NCBI GenBank assembly: GCA_046260685.1
Contig: JBHEOR010000003.1
Coordinates: 1-62,641, forward strand
DNA from: Desulfopila sp.
Lineage (GTDB): Bacteria; Desulfobacterota; Desulfobulbia; Desulfobulbales; Desulfocapsaceae
Reading direction: 5' to 3'
Length of the DNA: 62,641 nucleotides
The position numbers and the translations under genes were made by a program. Shown in pieces: positions 58,784 through 62,641 of the stretch. The first letter of the stretch is position 1. Each line of letters begins with the position of its first letter. The notes beneath the pieces were generated by a model. It saw nothing but the letters and a program-made list of their open reading frames with translations. It did no database searches and had not been told where the DNA came from.

Positions 58784-59320
58784 ATGGTTCAATATCAGCT
58801 TTCTGTTGAAGAGTTTGGTTCTTTTAACGTCTATGATGACAGCGATGAAGCTGTCAAGCTATCCTCCTTATGGCTGAAAGGAACTGCCGTTTTGGTCTTT
58901 GTTCGTCATTTTGGCTGAGTGATGTGCCGTCAGCAGGTTGCTGAACTGGCAGGGTATCTGGATGATTTTTCACAACGAGGAGCGCAGCTTACTGTCATTG
59001 GTAATGGTGGAAGCTATGATCTAATAAAGTTCAGAGATGTGACAGGATTTCCCGGGACATTGCTCACTGATTCTTCTCTCGAGATTTATAAATTTTTGAA
59101 GTTTAAAAGCAGCCTTGCCGATGTCATCGGGATGAAATCCTTTACCCAGGGTTTTTCAGCTCTTAAAGCTGGCTTCATGCCTGGTTCGCTTCAGGGGCAT
59201 GCCCTGCAGCTTGGTGGTGCCGTGGTTGTCGTACCGGAGGGTAAGATAACCTACCTTTACAAAAGCTCTGCGGCAGGCGACCATCCGCCTGTTGAGGCTC
59301 TGCTGGCGGCCGCAGGGTAA
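58784..59320 (+). CDS. Selenocysteine-containing peroxiredoxin-like protein (AhpC-TSA_2/PRXL2/SelU-like, UxxC)
   Basis: AGGAG RBS and ATG 58784. Open frame to an in-frame TGA at 58916 in VFVRHFG-U-VMCRQ, continuing to QLGG.VV...GDHP. A SECIS-like hairpin follows. Confidence 0.88.
58925..58951 (+). promoter_or_regulatory. Bacterial SECIS-like hairpin
   Basis: TGCC-G-TCAGCA-GGT-TGCTGA-ACT-GGCA. The upper stem starts 11 nt after the UGA. Confidence 0.7.
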
Positions 59321-59385
59321 GTATCTCTACTTTTTTCGTAACTATTCAGCAAAGAGCAAAAAACCAGCTGCTTCCCCTGAACTGT

Positions 59386-59437
59386 TTTACCATCGGCGGC
59401 GCCTCCTTCGTCGGCCTAATAATTGCTCCATGGGCCA
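59386..59437 (+). repeat. 52-bp direct repeat, copy B (intergenic fragment of the Lgt-like gene)
   Basis: TTTACCATCGGCGGCGCCTCCTTCGTCGGCCTAATAATTGCTCCATGGGCCA. Confidence 0.9.
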
Positions 59438-59628
59438 CCCTTGAGGGTTTGAAAGGATTTTGAGCAGGCGGATTTTCCTGTTTTGCACCCCCTGTGCTGA
59501 GAGGCATGTAAGCTCTTGCATTACGCTATGCTATAATTACAGTAGAACAGTTGCGAGAAGACGCGCAATACTGCGCAAGACCACATCATTGACTGGTCAA
59601 CGTTCATCTTTGCCAAACAAAGAGGGAG

Positions 59629-60009
59629 ATGATGAAAACACTGTCGACAAGGATTCTGCTGATAGCTGTGCTTCTACTATTCTTTGCGCCATCCGCCACA
59701 TTGGCTCAAGAAGAGAAGAGTGACTGGAACAAAGCCGGCGAGGAGATTTCCGAAGCGGGCAAAGCAGTAGGGAATGCTACAAAGCAAAGTGCCGAAGAGA
59801 TATGGGAGAACACCAAGGAAGGCAGCGCCGATGCCTGGCAAAAAACCAAGAAAACCAGTAAAGATGTGGCGGAAGTAACAAAGAAGGAAAGTAAATCAAT
59901 GTGGCAGAAGACCAAATCCAAAACAAAGGATATCTATAACACCCTTAAAAGCAAAATTCAGGGATGGCGCTCTTCTGAAAAAGAGAAGACTCAGGATACC
60001 AAAATTTGA
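59629..60009 (+). CDS. Secreted K/E/T-rich helical-repeat hypothetical protein
   Basis: Signal peptide ending ATLA; amphipathic W..TK repeats. Confidence 0.75.
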   Translation: MMKTLSTRILLIAVLLLFFAPSATLAQEEKSDWNKAGEEISEAGKAVGNATKQSAEEIWENTKEGSADAWQKTKKTSKDVAEVTKKESKSMWQKTKSKTKDIYNTLKSKIQGWRSSEKEKTQDTKI

Positions 60010-60133
60010 GAATGGGGTATGATAACGGTCTCGTTTTGTCCTGATGTAATTCAGGGTGTGAATTGTGCAGCAACACATCGAAAGATATAACTTTTTGTAT
60101 CTTCATGTGTAAAAAAGGCAACCAAACAAGTTT

Positions 60134-60547
60134 ATGATTGAGTACAAAAATATTGGCTGGTGGTATTGGCTGGCAACAGCAATACTGCTTACTTACGGTG
60201 TGACAGGAAATGATTTAGGCTTTATTCTCGCAATGTGTCTAACATCTGTTCAGCTTCTTCACTATATCAACCGAGAAAAAAGCATTAAGGCTTTTCCGGT
60301 TCAAGTCCGTTTCTGGTACCTCATGCTTCTGCTGATTTCATTTCCAGAAAGTATGCAATGGTTGTATTGGATTCCGTGTATTGGAACATGGGCGCAAATA
60401 TTATTTGGTTACTGTGCTATGGCTCGCATGGTTTCGCTCTTGCCGTGGAATCGAGAAGACGATTTCACATTAAAGCTTTTAACTAAAACTATGCTGTCTC
60501 GCCCAGTTAAAGGAAGTGTTCAACAGGGTATTCCGGAAAAACCGTAA
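60134..60547 (+). CDS. Hypothetical membrane protein (137 aa)
   Basis: About four hydrophobic segments; FPVQVR and GYC..AR...LLPWNR. Confidence 0.75.
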   Translation: MIEYKNIGWWYWLATAILLTYGVTGNDLGFILAMCLTSVQLLHYINREKSIKAFPVQVRFWYLMLLLISFPESMQWLYWIPCIGTWAQILFGYCAMARMVSLLPWNREDDFTLKLLTKTMLSRPVKGSVQQGIPEKP

Positions 60548-60860
60548 TGAGCAAAGGTGTCGGCGTAGACATGGGCGGCAATACCGACAAGAACGGGGCT
60601 ATAATGCTTGTGGCTGAGAGTGAGCACGTATTCGAGCATCTCCTGGGCGAACCTGCTGCCCTTCCGGCACAACAGCCTCTCGGTGTAACTGCTTCCTTCG
60701 TTCCCCGGTAGAAAATGGAAGGGGACCCAAATCTTACGCTGATCCTCAAGGTCAATGTTTTTAATATTAAAGGCATGATGGGCGGTGGCCTCAGAGTCCA
60801 GACGGGCGCCATCGCGAAACTCCACGCAGTCTTTCCTGGCATTGTCATCCACAAACTGGT
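60520..60860 (-). pseudogene. Internal fragment of a DUF6765-like protein gene
   Basis: QFVDD...WVPFHFLPG...GIAAHVYADTFAHYGFSG. It has no start of its own and collides with the 3' end of the gene at 60134. The family name is from recall. Confidence 0.6.
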
Positions 60861-60934
60861 CTTTTATATCCTGGCCCCGAGCCCGCAGGCTCAGGTAAAA
60901 CTGCCCACCAGATTTCTCCTCTTTTTATTACCAT
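60845..60934 (-). pseudogene. Truncated MazF/PemK-family toxin (29 aa)
   Basis: MVIKRGEIWWAVLPEPAGSGPGYKRPVCG*; overlaps the antitoxin stop. Not in the ORF track. Confidence 0.8.
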
Positions 60935-61164
60935 TCTTCTTTTTCTATTGAACTGATTTGCATGGTTGAAAGCATTTCATTTAATTCAGCTTTTTCAGAT
61001 GAATAAACTTCATTGAGTTGTTTGGTGATGTGATCGGAAGGGTGTATTTCGAGATATTGTTCGACGGCTTTCGCAAATAGCTCACTGCGAGAGAGCCCAT
61101 GATATTTGGCGTATTGATCTGCTTTGCGAAATAAATTGTCAGGAATTGAAATAGCTGTTTTCAT
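60928..61164 (-). CDS. Ribbon-helix-helix antitoxin (ChpI/MazE-like)
   Basis: MKTAISIPDNLF..AD......LSRSELF..AV..YL...ITKQLNEVY; TTGACA-17 nt-TGTACT just upstream. Confidence 0.82.
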   Translation of the reverse strand: MKTAISIPDNLFRKADQYAKYHGLSRSELFAKAVEQYLEIHPSDHITKQLNEVYSSEKAELNEMLSTMQISSIEKEEW

Positions 61165-61714
61165 GTTTCCAGTACAACCAGAGTAATACCGCGTGTCAAA
61201 TTTAATGCGTTGCGTGAACGCCAAGCTAAGGCCACGGCTCGTCTATCTGCTGAAGCGCAATGGTAGCCGGCGATCTGTCTTCAAACAGCAATTCGTCCTT
61301 CCATATATGTTACGGCTTCTCCTGAGATAAAAACCCTTTCGCCAAAATCTTTGCACAAAAGCTTTCCGACTCTTGATGATAGTTATAGTAAAAGCGACGA
61401 ATCTTTTCCAAGCCTCTGACTCCAGTAAGGAATCAGCGAGCAGCACGTATTCCGGTGAGAATAGCTTATAGGGATGTTCTGCCCAAAAAAATTTAAATTA
61501 TGCCCCCATAATTCTTTATTGTCGGGCCTGTTTCTTTTCTCAACATATCTTGTAATCTGCTAGCCGCCTTAATTTTGAGCTGTTGCATTTTTTGCAACAA
61601 CTGCCTTCCTAACAATTTGTCCTGAAATTCCAACGACTGCTAATGGTTTTCTAAGCCGCCTGTGGGGCGGTCAACTGTAAAACGCATAAAGCGTGGTCCG
61701 ACCCTAGTTTTATG

Positions 61715-61796
61715 CGGCTCAACCCCGCACCTGCGGGGAACACTATTATTACGCTGTGACGAAACACTACGGAAGCGGTTCAACCCCGCGCCTGCG
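61715..61796 (-). CRISPR. Orphan type I-E-like CRISPR remnant: one full repeat, one 32-bp spacer, one truncated repeat
   Basis: The 29-bp repeat at 61715-61743 reads GTGTTCCCCGCAGGTGCGGGGTTGAGCCG on the minus strand. Spacer at 61744-61775; 21-bp partial repeat at 61776-61796. No cas genes in the window. Confidence 0.75.
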
Positions 61797-61808
61797 TGAC
61801 ATCCAACA

Positions 61809-62187
61809 GGGTCAGGCTTGACATATGGGTGTCACCCAAAGAGAAGCTACTTTGCTCGAACGATCCAGATTATCCTTCAGTATCTTCTTTAGTCAAGTGG
61901 CAGCCTGGCCCAATTCCGATAGATCCCGCCGCATTTCCACGCCAGTCGATGTCAAGATAAGATGTTTGAGATCATGGACCAGCAAAGCAGCAATCGCTTT
62001 TGCTTCAGGTCTCCCTTATTGAAGGAGAAAGAAGCAGCGGACTCGAACCTGTTCCATATGGAAAATATCCTGCCCTTTATTGCCACGCAGAATGGCATGA
62101 TAGCAGGCTGCGGTATAATGTTTTCGTTTGTTGTGCGCCATGAATATGATGAGAGCCAACTGAATGCCCAATTGTCAAACCTGCCCC
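61809..62187 (-). mobile_element. Internally deleted REP-associated tyrosine transposase (RAYT/Y1) pseudogene with flanking inverted repeats
   Basis: Frame 62141 to 61812 reads MAHNKRKHYTAACYHAILRGNKGQDIF...LLQ*, fused to a C-terminal HTH-like part, with two in-frame stops. Flanks are GGGTCAGGCTTGACATATGGG and CCCAATTGTCAAACCTGCCCC. Confidence 0.7.
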
Positions 62188-62274
62188 TTTGAACTTTGAA
62201 CGTTTTGAACGCTTTAAAAATAATGACCCTTTGAAAATAGAGGCTTGGCGAACTCCCCTTTAACTTCTCATGGA

Positions 62275-62573
62275 TTATGTTGCGAGTTGAGTTTTGTTGT
62301 ATCTTTGTATCTATGTTTGCCTTTCTTCCCTCCTTTTAAAGTTGTAAACTTTTGTCACTTCTTCCTACTTTTTCTTTGGATTTTCTTCTTTTTCTTCCTT
62401 GCATGAGGCCAACGAGAAGGTAAAAAATAGCTCAAGAAATTATGTTGCAAAGAAAAAAAAGAAACCTTCTTAAAAAGAACGGAACATTATGAAATAACAG
62501 CGAAAATACGACATTATGGACTGCGCCATGGATTCCATATTATTTCAATTGGATAGGTCAACTCGCAACATAA
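62275..62573. mobile_element. 299-bp non-autonomous IS remnant/MITE
   Basis: Perfect 16-bp TIR TTATGTTGCGAGTTGA / TCAACTCGCAACATAA, with a CATGGA direct repeat on both sides. Confidence 0.8.
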
Positions 62574-62641
62574 CATGGATAAGGTCAAATATGAAATTGC
62601 CTTTTTGTTGTTAGGAATTGAAAGCAGCGAAACTTTCTTGA

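Noticed and set aside
57219-59437. The 52-bp repeat pair as a diversity-generating retroelement TR/VR
   Set aside because: The mismatches are not adenine-specific on either strand and there is no reverse transcriptase in the window.
61212-61300. GTGAACGCCAAGCTAAGG as the start of an integron attC site beside the toxin-antitoxin pair
   Set aside because: I could not find a matching complementary GTTRRRY end at a suitable distance, and no integrase is present.
1-62641. tRNA, rRNA or SRP RNA genes
   Set aside because: None were recognised by eye, including around ffh. A covariance-model scan was not possible.

Overview
This is a bacterial chromosomal window, most consistent with a Desulfobulbales-type member of Desulfobacterota (inferred from gene content and order). 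Positions 1-36.5 kb are mostly housekeeping: a fatty-acid and folate cluster (yceD-rpmF-plsX-fabH-[acyl-CoA dehydrogenase-etfB-etfA]-fabG-acpP-fabF-rpiB-glyA-nrdR-ribD), an mla operon, yejBE, rnd, ffh-rpsP-khpA-rimM-trmD-rplS-rnhB-yraN-pdxA-tmk, a helicase and thyA. Positions 39-58 kb look like a phosphate-starvation lipid-remodelling region. It holds a glycosyltransferase plus radical SAM pair, sqdB, PIN-PhoH, and a five-gene operon encoding a PlcP-like phosphoesterase, a GT4 glycosyltransferase, a ~780-aa putative carboxylate-amine ligase, a PSD-like decarboxylase and a divergent Lgt-like protein. Several promoters there share 11-bp-spaced TTAACA-like repeats. Positions 58-62.6 kb are AT-richer and decaying. 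They contain a UGA-recoded (selenocysteine) peroxiredoxin-like gene missed by the ORF track, a truncated MazF toxin with intact antitoxin, a one-spacer type I-E CRISPR remnant, a deleted RAYT-type transposase and an IS remnant. The best candidates for undescribed biology are (1) the ligase/decarboxylase/Lgt-like operon as a new phosphorus-free lipid pathway and (2) a Bcd/Etf-like module inside the fab operon as a possible enoyl-ACP reductase. All family assignments come from motif recognition by eye, not from database searches.
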